In this document: piece by piece, positions 24,501 through 42,327 of the stretch | How the letters are laid out: every line of letters starts with the position of its first letter | Numbering within the stretch: the stretch's first letter is position 1 | NCBI GenBank assembly: GCA_964016885.1 | Contig: OZ024741.1 | Location: 266,848,001 to 266,912,000 of the forward strand | Length of the DNA: 64,000 nt | Reading direction: 5' to 3' | Source of the DNA: Eledone cirrhosa | Lineage: Eukaryota | The notes under the pieces: generated by a model | What the model saw: the letters and a program-made list of their open reading frames with translations, nothing else | The model's database searches: none | What the model was told of the DNA's origin: nothing | Made by a program: the position numbers and the translations under genes

Positions 24501-27500
24501 ACATTACTTCAACACACCATTACACAGTGATACCACTGGTATAGAAACATTACTTCAACACACCATTACACAGTGATACCACTGGTATAGAAACATTACT
24601 TCAACACACCTATACACAGTGATACCACTGGTATAGAAACATTACTTCAACACACCATTACACACAGATACCACTGGTATAGAAACATTACTTCAACACA
24701 CCATTACACAGTGATACCACTGGTATAGAAACATTACTTCAACACACCATTACACAGTGATACCACTGGTATAGAAACATTACTTCAACACACCATTACA
24801 CAGTGATACCACTGCTATAGAAACATTACTTCAACATACCATTACACAGTGATACCACTGGTATAGAAACATTACTTCAACACACCATTACACACAGATA
24901 CCACTGGTATAGAAACATTACTTCAACACACCATTACACACAGATACCACTGCTATAGAAACATTACTTCAACACACCATTACACACAGATACCACTGGT
25001 ATAGAAACATTACTTCAACACACCATTACACAGTGATACCACTGGTATAGAAACATTACTTCAACACACCATTACACACAGATACCACTGGTATAGAAAC
25101 ATTACTTCAACACACCATTACACAGTGATACCACTGCTATAGAAACATTACTTCAACACACCATTACACAGTGATACCACTGGTATAGAAACATTACTTC
25201 AACACACCATTACACACAGATACCACTGGTATAGAAACATTACTTCAACACACCATTACACACAGATACCACTGGTATAGAAACATTACTTCAACACACC
25301 ATTACACACAGATACCACTGGTATAGAAACATTACTTCAACACACCATTACACACAGATACCACTGGTATAGAAACATTACTTCAACACACCATTACACA
25401 GTGATACCACTGGTATAGAAACATTACTTCAACACACCATTACACACAGATACCACTGGTATAGAAACATTACTTCAACACACCATTACACACAGATACC
25501 ACTGGTATAGAAACATTACTTCAACACACCATTACACAGTGATACCACTGGTATAGAAACATTACTTCAACACACCATTACACAGTGATACCACTGGTAT
25601 AGAAACATTACTTCAACACACCATTACATAGTGATACCACTGGTATAGAAACATTACTTCAACACACCATTTCACAGTGATACCACTGGTATAGAAACAT
25701 TACTTCAACACACCATTACACACAGATACCACTGGTATAGAAACATTACTTCAACACACCATTACACAGTGATACCACTGGTATAGAAACATTACTTCAA
25801 CACACCATTACACAGTGATACCACTGGTATAGAAACATTACTTCAACACACCATTACACAGTGATACCACTGGTATAGAAACATTACTTCAACACACCAT
25901 TACACAGTGATACCACTGGTATAGAAACATTACTTCAACACACCATTACATAGTGATACCACTGGTATAGAAACATTACTTCAACACACCATTACACAGT
26001 GATACCACTGGTATAGAAACATTACTTCAACACACCATTACACACAGATACCACTGGTATAGAAACATTACTTCAACACACCATTTCACAGTGATACCAC
26101 TGGTATAGAAACATTACTTCAACACACCATTACACACAGATACCACTGGTATAGAAACATTACTTCAACACACCATTACACAGTGATACCACTGGTATAG
26201 AAACATTACTTCAACACACCATTACACAGTGATACCACTGGTATAGAAACATTACTTCAACGCACCATTACACAGTGATACCACTGGTATAGAAACATTA
26301 CTTCAACACACCATTACACAGTGATACCACTGGTATAGAAACATTACTTCAACACACCTATACACACAGATACCACTGGTATAGAAACATTACTTCAACA
26401 CACTATTACACACAGATACCACTGGTATAGAAACATTACTTCAACACACCATTACACACAGATACCACTGGTATAGAAACATTACTTCAACACACCATTA
26501 CACAGTGATACCACTGGTATAGAAACATTACTTCAACACACCATTACACAGTGATACCACTGGTATAGAAACATTACTTCAACACACCATTACACAGTGA
26601 TACCACTGGTATAGAAACACTACTTCAATACACCATTACACAGTGATACCACTGGTATAGAAACATTACTTCAACACACCATTACACACAGATACCACTG
26701 GTATAGAAACATTACTTCAACACACCATTACACAGTGATACCACTGGTATAGAAACATTACTTCAACACACCATTACACAGTGATACCACTGGTATAGAA
26801 ACATTACTTCAACACACCATTACACAGTGATACCACTGGTATAGAAACATTACTTCAACACACCATTACACAGTGATACCACTGGTATAGAAACATTACT
26901 TCAACACACCATTACACAGTGATACCACTGGTATAGAAACATTACTTCAACACACCTATACACAGTGATACCACTGGTATAGAAACATTACTTCAACACA
27001 CCATTACACACAGATACCACTGGTATAGAAACATTACTTCAACACACCATTACACAGTGATACCACTGGTATAGAAACATTACTTCAACACACCATTACA
27101 CAGTGATACCACTGGTATAGAAACATTACTTCAACACACCATTACACAGTGATACCACTGGTATAGAAACACTACTTCAACACACCATTACACACAGATA
27201 CCACTGGTATAGAAACATTACTTCAACACACCATTACACAGTGATACCACTGGTATAGAAACATTACTTCAACACACCATTACACAGTGATACCACTGCT
27301 ATAGAAACATTACTTCAACATACCATTACACAGTGATACCACTGGTATAGAAACATTACTTCAACACACCATTACACACAGATACCACTGGTATAGAAAC
27401 ATTACTTCAACACACCATTACACACAGATACCACTGCTATAGAAACATTACTTCAACACACCATTACACACAGATACCACTGGTATAGAAACATTACTTC

Positions 27501-30500
27501 AACACACCATTACACAGTGATACCACTGGTATAGAAACATTACTTCAACACACCATTACACACAGATACCACTGGTATAGAAACATTACTTCAACACACC
27601 ATTACACACAGATACCACTGGTATAGAAACATTACTTCAACACACCATTACACAGTGATACCACTGCTATAGAAACATTACTTCAACACACCATTACACA
27701 GTGATACCACTGGTATAGAAACATTACTTCAACACACCATTACACACAGATACCACTGGTATAGAAACATTACTTCAACACACCATTACACACAGATACC
27801 ACTGGTATAGAAACATTACTTCAACACACCATTACACAGTGATACCACTGCTATAGAAACATTACTTCAACACACCATTACACAGTGATACCACTGGTAT
27901 AGAAACATTACTTCAACACACCATTACACAGTGATACCACTGCTATAGAAACATTACTTCAACATACCATTACACAGTGATACCACTGGTATAGAAACAT
28001 TACTTCAACACACCATTACACAGTGATACCACTGGTATAGAAACATTACTTCAACACACCATTACACACAGATACCACTGGTATAGAAACATTACTTCAA
28101 CACACCATTACACACAGATACCACTGGTATAGAAACATTACTTCAACACACCATTACACACAGATACCACTGCTATAGAAACATTACTTCAACACACCAT
28201 TACACACAGATACCACTGGTATAGAAACATTACTTCAACACACCATTACACACAGATACCACTGGTATAGAAACATTACTTCAACACACCATTACACACA
28301 GATACCACTGGTATAGAAACATTACTTCAACACACCATTACACACAGATACCACTGCTATAGAAACATTACTTCAACACACCATTACACACAGATACCAC
28401 TGGTATAGAAACATTACTTCAACACACCATTACACACAGATACCACTGGTATAGAAACATTACTTCAACACACCATTACACACAGATACCACTGGTATAG
28501 AAACATTACTTCAACACACCATTACACAGTGATACCACTGCTATAGAAACATTACTTCAACACACCATTACACACAGATACCACTGGTATAGAAACATTA
28601 CTTCAACACACCATTACACACAGATACCACTGGTATAGAAACATTACTTCAACAAACCATTACACACAGATACCACTGGTATAGAAACATTACTTCAACA
28701 CACCATTACACAGTGATACCACTGGTATAGAAACATTACTTCAACACACCATTACACACAGATACCACTGGTATAGAAACATTACTTCAACACACCATTA
28801 CACAGTGATACCACTGGTATAGAAACATTACTTCAACACACCATTACACAGTGATACCACTGCTATAGAAACATTACTTCAACACACCATTACACAGTGA
28901 TACCACTGGTATAGAAACATTACTTCAACACACCATTACACAGTGATACCACTGCTATAGAAACATTACTTCAACATACCATTACACAGTGATACCACTG
29001 GTATAGAAACATTACTTCAACACACCATTACACACAGATACCACTGGTATAGAAACATTACTTCAACACACCATTACACAGTGATACCACTGCTATAGAA
29101 ACATTACTTCAACACACCATTACACACAGATACCACTGGTATAGAAACATTACTTCAACACACCATTACACACAGATACCACTGGTATAGAAACATTACT
29201 TCAACACACCATTACACACAGATACCACTGGTATAGAAACATTACTTCAACACACCATTACACAGTGATACCACTGCTATAGAAACATTACTTCAACACA
29301 CCATTACACAGTGATACCACTGCTATAGAAACATTACTTCAACACACCATTACACAGTGATACCACTGCTATAGAAACATTACTTCAACACACCATTACA
29401 CAGTGATACCACTGCTATAGAAACATTACTTCAACACACCATTACACAGTGATACCACTGGTATAGAAACATTACTTCAACACACCATTACACACAGATA
29501 CCACTGGTATAGAAACATTACTTCAACACACCATTACACACAGATACCACTGGTATAGAAACATTACTTCAACACACCATTACACACAGATACCACTGGT
29601 ATAGAAACATTACTTCAACACACCATTACACACAGATACCACTGGTATAGAAACACTACTTCAACACACCATTACACACAGATACCACTGGTATAGAAAC
29701 ATTACTTCAACACACCATTACACAGTGATACCACTGGTATAGAAACATTACTTCAACACACCATTACACACAGATACCACTGGTATAGAAACATTACTTC
29801 AACACACCATTACACAGTGATACCACTGGTATAGAAACATTACTTCAACACACCATTACACACAGATACCACTGGTATAGAAACATTACTTCAACACACC
29901 ATTACACAGTGATACCACTGGTATAGAAACATTACTTCAACACACCATTACACACAGATACCACTGGTATAGAAACACTACTTCAACACACCATTACACA
30001 GTGATACCACTGGTATAGAAACATTACTTCAACACACCATTACACAGTGATACCACTGGTATAGAAACACTACTTCAACACACCATTACACACAGATACC
30101 ACTGGTATAGAAACATTACTTCAACACACCATTACACACAGATACCACTGGTATAGAAACATTACTTCAACACACCATTACACACAGATACCACTGGTAT
30201 AGAAACATTACTTCAACACACCATTACACAGTGATACCACTGGTATAGAAACATTACTTCAACACACCATTACACACAGATACCACTGGTATAGAAACAC
30301 TACTTCAACACACCATTACACAGTGATACCACTGGTATAGAAACATTACTTCAACACACCATTACACAGTGATACCACTGGTATAGAAACACTACTTCAA
30401 CACACCATTACACACAGATACCACTGGTATAGAAACATTACTTCAACACACCATTACACACAGATACCACTGGTATAGAAACATTACTTCAACACACCAT

Positions 30501-33500
30501 TACACACAGATACCACTGGTATAGAAACATTACTTCAACACACCATTACACACAGATACCACTGGTATAGAAACACTACTTCAACACACCATTACACACA
30601 GATACCACTGGTATAGAAACATTACTTCAACACACCATTACACAGTGATACCACTGGTATAGAAACATTACTTCAACACACCATTACACACAGATACCAC
30701 TGGTATAGAAACATTACTTCAACACACCATTACACAGTGATACCACTGGTATAGAAACATTACTTCAACACACCATTACACACAGATACCACTGGTATAG
30801 AAACATTACTTCAACACACCATTACACAGTGATACCACTGGTATAGAAACATTACTTCAACACACCATTACACACAGATACCACTGGTATAGAAACACTA
30901 CTTCAACACACCATTACACAGTGATACCACTGGTATAGAAACATTACTTCAACACACCATTACACAGTGATACCACTGGTATAGAAACACTACTTCAACA
31001 CACCATTACACACAGATACCACTGGTATAGAAACATTACTTCAACACACCATTACACAGTGATACCACTGGTATAGAAACATTACTTCAACACACCATTA
31101 CACACAGATACCACTGGTATAGAAACATTACTTCAACACACTATTACACACAGATACCACTGGTATAGAAACATTACTTCAACACACCATTACACAGTGA
31201 TACCACTGGTATAGAAACATTACTTCAACACACCATTACACACAGATACCACTGGTATAGAAACACTACTTCAACACACCATTACACAGTGATACCACTG
31301 GTATAGAAACATTACTTCAACACACCATTACACACAGATACCACTGGTATAGAAACATTACTTCAACACACCATTACACAGTGATACCACTGGTATAGAA
31401 ACATTACTTCAACACACCATTACACACAGATACCACTGGTATAGAAACACTACTTCAACACACCATTACACAGTGATACCACTGGTATAGAAACATTACT
31501 TCAACACACCATTACACACAGATACCACTGGTATAGAAACATTACTTCAACACACCATTACACAGTGATACCACTGGTATAGAAACACTACTTCAACACA
31601 CCATTACACACAGATACACTGGTATAGAAACATTACTTCAACACACCATTACACAGTGATACCACTGGTATAGAAACATTACTTCAACACACCATTACAC
31701 ACAGATACCACTGGTATAGAAACATTACTTCAACACACCATTACACACAGATACCACTGGTATAGAAACATTACTTCAACACACCATTACACAGTGATAC
31801 CACTGGTATAGAAACATTACTTCAACACACCATTACACACAGATACCACTGCTATAGAAACATTACTTCAACACACCATTACACAGTGATACCACTGGTA
31901 TAGAAACATTACTTCAACACACCTATACACAGTGATACCACTGGTATAGAAACATTACTTCAACACACCATTACACACAGATACCACTGGTATAGAAACA
32001 TTACTTCAACACACCATTACACACAGATACCACTGGTATAGAAACATTACTTCAACACACCATTACACAGTGATACCACTGGTATAGAAACATTACTTCA
32101 ACACACCATTACACAGTGATACCACTGGTATAGAAACATTACTTCAACACACCATTACACACAGATACCACTGCTATAGAAACATTACTTCAACACACCA
32201 TTACACACAGATACCACTGGTATAGAAACATTACTTCAACACACCTATACACAGTGATACCACTGGTATAGAAACATTACTTCAACACACCATTACACAG
32301 TGATACCACTGGTATAGAAACATTACTTCAACACACCATTACACACAGATACCACTGGTATAGAAACACTACTTCAACACACCATTCACTTGACCTATTA
32401 GGAAACATAACTTCAACACACCATTACACAGGATACACTGGTATGAAACTTACTGTCAAACACACCATTACACAGGACCACTGTATTGAAACATTACATC
32501 AACACACCATTACTGCACGTGAGTATCTCTGGTACTGGTATTGAAACCCCATTACTTCAACACACATTCACAGTATACCACTGGTATAGAAACATTACTT
32601 CAACACACCATTACACACAGATACCACTGGTATAGAAGAAACATTACTTCAACCAAACCATTACACACAGATACCACTGGTATAGAAACACTTACTTCAA
32701 CACACCATTACACACAGATACCACTGTATAGAAACATTACTTCAACACACCATTACACAGTGATACCACTGGTATAGAAACATTACTTCAACACACCATT
32801 ACACACAGATACCACTGTATAGAAACATTACTTCAACACACCATTACACAGAGATACCACTGGTATAGAAGACATAACATTCAACAACACACCATTACAC
32901 ACAGATACCACTGTATAGAAACATTACTTCAACACACCATTACACAGTGATACCACTGGTATAGAACATTACTTCAACACACCATTACACACAGATACCA
33001 CTGGTATAGAAACACTACTTCAACACACCATTACACAGTGATACCACTGGTATAGAAACATTACTTCAACACACCATTACACAGTGATACCACTGGTATA
33101 GAAACACTACTTCAACACACATTACACACAGATACCACTGGTATAGAAACATTACTTCAACACACCATTACACAGTGATACCACTGGTATAGAAACATTA
33201 CTTCAACACACCTATTACACACAGATACACTGGTATAGAAACATTACTTCAACACACCATTACACAGTGATACCACTGGTATAGAAAACATTACTTCAAC
33301 ACACCATTACACACAGATACCACTGGTATAGAAACACTACTTCAACACACCCATTACACAGTGATACCACTGGTATAGAAACATTACTTCAACACACCAT
33401 TACACAGTGATACCACTGGTATAGAAACATTACTTCAACACACCATTACACACAGATACCACTGGTATAGAAACATTACTTCAACACACCATTACACACA

Positions 33501-36500
33501 GATACCACTGGTATAGAAACATTACTTCAACACACCATTTCACACAGATACCACTGGTATAGAAACATTACTTCAACACACCATTTCACACAGATACCAC
33601 TGGTATAGAAACATTACTTCAACACACCATTACACAGTGATACCACTGTATAGAAACATTACTTCAACACACCATTACACACAGATACCACTGGTATAGA
33701 AACACTACTTCAACACACCATTACACAGTGATACCACTGGTATAGAAACATTACTTCAACACACCATTACACACAGATACCACTGGTATAGAAACATTAC
33801 TTCAACACACCATTACACAGTGATACCACTGGTATAGAAACACTACTTCAACACACCATTACACACAGATACCACTGGTATAGAAACATTACTTCAACAC
33901 ACCATTACACAGTGATACCACTGGTATAGAAACATTACTTCAACACACCATTACACACAGATACCACTGGTATAGAAACATTACTTCAACACACCATTAC
34001 ACACAGATACCACTGGTATAGAAACATTACTTCAACACACCATTACACAGTGATACCACTGGTATAGAAACATTACTTCAACACACCATTACACACAGAT
34101 ACCACTGCTATAGAAACATTACTTCAACACACCATTACACAGTGATACCACTGGTATAGAAACATTACTTCAACACACCTATACACAGTGATACCACTGG
34201 TATAGAAACATTACTTCAACACACCATTACACACAGATACCACTGGTATAGAAACATTACTTCAACACACCATTACACACAGATACCACTGGTATAGAAA
34301 CATTACTTCAACACACCATTACACAGTGATACCACTGGTATAGAAACATTACTTCAACACACCATTACACAGTGATACCACTGCTATAGAAACATTACTT
34401 CAACACACCATTACACACAGATACCACTGCTATAGAAACATTACTTCAACACACCATTACACACAGATACCACTGGTATAGAAACATTACTTCAACACAC
34501 CATTACACAGTGATACCACTGGTATAGAAACATTACTTCAACACACCATTACACACAGATACCACTGGTATAGAAACATTACTTCAACACACCATTACAC
34601 ACAGATACCACTGGTATAGAAACATTACTTCAACACACCATTACACACAGATACCACTGGTATAGAAACATTACTTCAACACACCATTACACACAGATAC
34701 CACTGGTATAGAAACATTACTTCAACACACCATTACACACAGATACCACTGGTATAGAAACATTACTTCAACACACCATTACACACAGATACCACTGGTA
34801 TAGAAACATTACTTCAACACACCATTACACACAGATACCACTGGTATAGAAACACTACTTCAACACACCATTACACACAGATACCACTGGTATAGAAACA
34901 TTACTTCAACACACCATTACACAGTGATACCACTGGTATAGAAACATTACTTCAACACACCATTACACACAGATACCACTGGTATAGAAACATTACTTCA
35001 ACACACCATTACACAGTGATACCACTGGTATAGAAACATTACTTCAACACACCATTACACACAGATACCACTGGTATAGAAACATTACTTCAACACACCA
35101 TTACACACAGATACCACTGGTATAGAAACATTACTTCAACACACCATTACACAGTGATACCACTGGTATAGAAACATTACTTCAACACACCATTACACAC
35201 AGATACCACTGGTATAGAAACACTACTTCAACACACCATTACACAGTGATACCACTGGTATAGAAACATTACTTCAACACACCATTACACAGTGATACCA
35301 CTGGTATAGAAACATTACTTCAACACACCATTACACACAGATACCACTGGTATAGAAACATTACTTCAACACACCATTACACAGTGATACCACTGGTATA
35401 GAAACATTACTTCAACACACCATTACACACAGATACCACTGGTATAGAAACATTACTTCAACACACCATTACACAGTGATACCACTGGTATAGAAACATT
35501 ACTTCAACACACCATTACACACAGATACCACTGGTATAGAAACATTACTTCAACACACCATTACACAGTGATACCACTGGTATAGAAACATTACTTCAAC
35601 ACACCATTACACACAGATACCACTGGTATAGAAACATTACTTCAACACACCATTACACAGTGATACCACTGGTATAGAAACATTACTTCAACACACCATT
35701 ACACAGTGATACCACTGGTATAGAAACATTACTTCAACACACCATTACACACAGATACCACTGGTATAGAAACATTACTTCAACACACCATTACACAGTG
35801 ATACCACTGGTATAGAAACATTACTTCAACACACCATTACACACAGATACCACTGGTATAGAAACATTACTTCAACACACCATTACACACAGATACCACT
35901 GGTATAGAAACATTACTTCAACACACCATTACACAGTGATACCACTGGTATAGAAACATTACTTCAACACACCATTACACACAGATACCACTGGTATAGA
36001 AACACTACTTCAACACACCATTACACAGTGATACCACTGGTATAGAAACATTACTTCAACACACCATTACACAGTGATACCACTGGTATAGAAACACTAC
36101 TTCAACACACCATTACACACAGATACCACTGGTATAGAAACATTACTTCAACACACTATTACACACAGATACCACTGGTATAGAAACATTACTTCAACAC
36201 ACCATTACACAGTGATACCACTGGTATAGAAACATTACTTCAACACACCATTACACACAGATACCACTGGTATAGAAACACTACTTCAACACACCATTAC
36301 ACAGTGATACCACTGGTATAGAAACATTACTTCAACACACCATTACACACAGATACCACTGGTATAGAAACATTACTTCAACACACCATTACACACAGAT
36401 ACCACTGGTATAGAAACATTACTTCAACACACCATTACACACAGATACCACTGGTATAGAAACACTACTTCAACACACCATTACACAGTGATACCACTGG

Positions 36501-39500
36501 TATAGAAACATTACTTCAACACACCATTACACACAGATACCACTGGTATAGAAACATTACTTCAACACACCATTACACAGTGATACCACTGGTATAGAAA
36601 CACTACTTCAACACACCATTACACACAGATACCACTGGTATAGAAACATTACTTCAACACACCATTACACACAGATACCACTGGTATAGAAACATTACTT
36701 CAACACACCATTACACAGTGATACCACTGGTATAGAAACATTACTTCAACACACCATTACACACAGATACCACTGGTATAGAAACATTACTTCAACACAC
36801 CATTACACAGTGATACCACTGGTATAGAAACATTACTTCAACACACCATTACACACAGATACCACTGGTATAGAAACATTACTTCAACACACCATTACAC
36901 AGTGATACCACTGGTATAGAAACATTACTTCAACACACCATTACACAGTGATACCACTGGTATAGAAACATTACTTCAACACACCTATACACAGTGATAC
37001 CACTGGTATAGAAACATTACTTCAACAAACCATTACACACAGATACCACTGCTATAGAAACATTACTTCAACACACCATTACACAGTGATACCACTGGTA
37101 TAGAAACATTACTTCAACACACCTATACACAGTGATACCACTGGTATAGAAACATTACTTCAACACACCATTACACACAGATACCACTGGTATAGAAACA
37201 TTACTTCAACACACCATTACACACAGATACCACTGGTATAGAAACATTACTTCAACACACCATTACACACAGATACCACTGGTATAGAAACATTACTTCA
37301 ACATACCATTACACAGTGATACCACTGGTATAGAAACACTACTTCAATACACCATTACACACAGATACCACTGGTATAGAAACACTACTTCAATACACCA
37401 TTACACACAGATACCACTGGTATAGAAACATTACTTCAACACACCATTACACACAGATACCACTGGTATAGAAACATTACTTCAACACACCATTACACAG
37501 TGATACCACTGGTATAGAAACACTACTTCAACACACCATTACACACAGATACCACTGGTATAGAAACACTACTTCAACACACCATTACACACAGATACCA
37601 CTGGTATAGAAACATTACTTCAACACACCATTACACAGTGATACCACTGGTATAGAAACATTACTTCAACACACCATTACACAGTGATACCACTGGTATA
37701 GAAACATTACTTCAACACACCATTACACAGTGATACCACTGGTATAGAAACACTACTTCAACATACCATTACACAGTGATACCACTGGTATAGAAACATT
37801 ACTTCAACACACCATTACACAGTGATACCACTGGTATAGAAACACTACTTCAACATACCATTACACAGTGATACCACTGGTATAGAAACATTACTTCAAC
37901 ACACCATTACACAGTGATACCACTGGTATAGAAACATTACTTCAACACACCATTACACAGTGATACCACTGGTATAGAAACACTACTTCAACACACCATT
38001 ACACACAGATACCACTGGTATAGAGACATTACTTCAACACACCATTACACACAGATACCACTGGTATAGAAACATTACTTCAACACACCATTACACAGTG
38101 ATACCACTGGTATAGAAACACTACTTCAACACACCATTACACACAGATACCACTGGTATAGAAACATTACTTCAACACACCATTACACAGTGATACCACT
38201 GGTATAGAAACATTACTTCAACACACCATTACACACAGATACCACTGGTATAGAAACATTACTTCAACACACCATTACACACAGATACCACTGGTATAGA
38301 AACATTACTTCAACACACCATTACACACAGATACCACTGGTATAGAAACATTACTTCAACACACCATTACACAGTGATACCACTGGTATAGAAACACTAC
38401 TTCAACACACCATTACACACAGATACCACTGCTATAGAAACATTACTTCAACACACCATTACACAGTGATACCACTGGTATAGAAACATTACTTCAACAC
38501 ACCATTACACACAGATACCACTGGTATAGAAACATTACTTCAACACACCATTACACAGTGATACCACTGGTATAGAAACATTATTTCAACATACCATTAC
38601 ACAGTGATACCACTGGTATAGAATCATTACTTCAACACACCATTACACAGTGATACCACTGGTATAGAAACATTACTTCAACACACCATTACACACAGAT
38701 ACCACTGGTATAGAAACATTACTTCAACACACCATTACACACAGATACCACTGGTATAGAAACATTACTTCAACACACCATTACACAGTGATACCACTGG
38801 TATAGAAACATTACTTCAACACACCATTACACAGTGATACCACTGGTATAGAAACACTACTTCAACACACCATTACACACAGATACCACTGGTATAGAAA
38901 CATTACTTCAACACACCTATACACAGTGATACCACTGGTATAGAAACATTACTTCAACACACCATTACACACAGATACCACTGCTATAGAAACATTACTT
39001 CAACACACCATTACACAGTGATACCACTGGTATAGAAACATTACTTCAACACACCATTACACAGTGATACCACTGGTATAGAAACATTACTTCAACACAC
39101 CATTACACAGTGATACCACTGGTATAGAAACATTACTTCAACACACCATTACACACAGATACCACTGCTATAGAAACATTACTTCAACACACCTATACAC
39201 AGTGATACCACTGGTATAGAAACATTACTTCAACACACCATTACACAGTGATACCACTGGTATAGAAACATTACCTCAACACACCATTACACACAGATAC
39301 CACTGGTATAGAAACATTACTTCAACACACCATTACACACAGATACCACTGGTATAGAAACATTACTTCAACACACCATTACACAGTGATACCACTGGTA
39401 TAGAAACATTACTTCAACACACCATTACACAGTGATACCACTGGTATAGAAACACTACTTCAACACACCATTACACACAGATACCACTGGTATAGAAACA

Positions 39501-42327
39501 TTACTTCAACACACCTATACACAGTGATACCACTGGTATAGAAACATTACTTCAACACACCATTACACACAGATACCACTGGTATAGAAACATTACTTCA
39601 ACACACCATTACACACAGATACCACTGGTATAGAAACATTACTTCAACACACCATTACACAGTGATACCACTGGTATAGAAACATTACTTCAACACACCA
39701 TTACACAGTGATACCACTGGTATAGAAACACTACTTCAACACACCATTACACACAGATACCACTGGTATAGAAACATTACTTCAACACACCTATACACAG
39801 TGATACCACTGGTATAGAAACATTACTTCAACACACCATTACACACAGATACCACTGGTATAGAAACATTACTTCAACACACCATTACACACAGATACCA
39901 CTGGTATAGAAACATTACTTCAACACACCCATACACAGTGATACCACTGGTATAGAAACATTACTTCAACACACCATTACACACAGATACCACTGGTATA
40001 GAAACATTACTTCAACACACCTATACACAGTGATACCACTGGTATAGAAACATTACTTCAACACACCATTACACAGTGATACCACTGGTATAGAAACATT
40101 ACTTCAACACACCATTACACAGTGATACCACTGGTATAGAGACATTACTTCAACACACCATTACACACAGATACCACTGGTATAGAAACATTACTTCAAC
40201 ACACCATTACACAGTGATACCACTGGTATAGAAACATTACTTCAACACACCATTACACAGTGATACCACTGGTATAGAGACATTACTTCAACACACCATT
40301 ACACACAGATACCACTGGTATAGAAACATTACTTCAACACACCATTACACAGTGATACCACTGGTATAGAAACATTACTTCAACACACCATTACACACAG
40401 ATACCACTGGTATAGAAACATTACTTCAACACACCATTACACAGTGATACCACTGGTATAGAGACATTACTTCAACACACCATTACACAGTGATACCACT
40501 GGTATAGAGACATTACTTCAACACACCATTTCACAGTGATACCACTGGTATAGAAACATTACTTCAACACACCATTACACAGTGATAACACTGGTATAGA
40601 AACATTACTTCAACACACCATTACACACAGATACCACTGGTATAGAAACATTACTTCAACACACCATTACACACAGATACCACTGGTATAGAAACATTAC
40701 TTCAACACACCATTACACAGTGATACCACTGGTATAGAAACATTACTTCAACACACCATTACACAGTGATACCACTGGTATAGAAACACTACTTCAACAC
40801 ACCATTACACACAGATACCACTGGTATAGAAACATTACTTCAACACACCTATACACAGTGATACCACTGGTATAGAAACATTACTTCAACACACCATTAC
40901 ACACAGATACCACTGGTATAGAAACATTACTTCAACACACCATTACACACAGATACCACTGGTATAGAAACATTACTTCAACACACCATTACACAGTGAT
41001 ACCACTGGTATAGAAACATTACTTCAACACACCATTACACAGTGATACCACTGGTATAGAAACACTACTTCAACACACCATTACACACAGATACCACTGG
41101 TATAGAAACATTACTTCAACACACCATTACACAGTGATACCACTGGTATAGAAACACTACTTCAACACACCATTACACACAGATACCACTGGTATAGAAA
41201 CATTACTTCAACACACCATTACACAGTGATACCACTGGTATAGAAACACTACTTCAACACACCATTACACACAGATACCACTGGTATAGAAACATTACTT
41301 CAACACACCATTACACAGTGATACCACTGGTATAGAAACATTACTTCAACACACCTATACACAGTGATACCACTGGTATAGAAACATTACTTCAACACAC
41401 CATTACACACAGATACCACTGGTATAGAAACATTACTTCAACACACCCATACACAGTGATACCACTGGTATAGAAACATTACTTCAACACACCATTACAC
41501 ACAGATACCACTGGTATAGAAACATTACTTCAACACACCTATACACAGTGATACCACTGGTATAGAAACATTACTTCAACACACCATTACACAGTGATAC
41601 CACTGGTATAGAAACATTACTTCAACACACCATTACACAGTGATACCACTGGTATAGAGACATTACTTCAACACACCATTACACACAGATACCACTGGTA
41701 TAGAAACATTACTTCAACACACCATTACACAGTGATACCACTGGTATAGAAACATTACTTCAACACACCATTACACAGTGATACCACTGGTATAGAGACA
41801 TTACTTCAACACACCATTACACACAGATACCACTGGTATAGAAACATTACTTCAACACACCATTACACAGTGATACCACTGGTATAGAAACATTACTTCA
41901 ACACACCATTACACACAGATACCACTGGTATAGAAACATTACTTCAACACACCATTACACAGTGATACCACTGGTATAGAGACATTACTTCAACACACCA
42001 TTACACAGTGATACCACTGGTATAGAGACATTACTTCAACACACCATTTCACAGTGATACCACTGGTATAGAAACATTACTTCAACACACCATTACACAG
42101 TGATAACACTGGTATAGAAACATTACTTCAACACACCATTACACACAGATACCACTGGTATAGAAACATTACTTCAACACACCATTACACACAGATACCA
42201 CTGGTATAGAAACATTACTTCAACACACCTATACACAGTGATACCACTGGTATAGAAACATTACTTCAACACACCATTACACAGTGATACCACTGGTATA
42301 GAAACACTACTTCAACACACCATTACA
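18520..42327. repeat. 46-bp satellite array, about 517 units
   Basis: Unit TACCACTGGTATAGAAACATTACTTCAACACACCATTACACA(CA/GT)GA repeated head to tail with very few substitutions. Confidence 0.99.

Noticed and set aside
18520-42327. CRISPR array or information-encoding repeat
   Set aside because: The units are contiguous with no unique spacers and there are no cas genes. The variant order is explained by block duplications.
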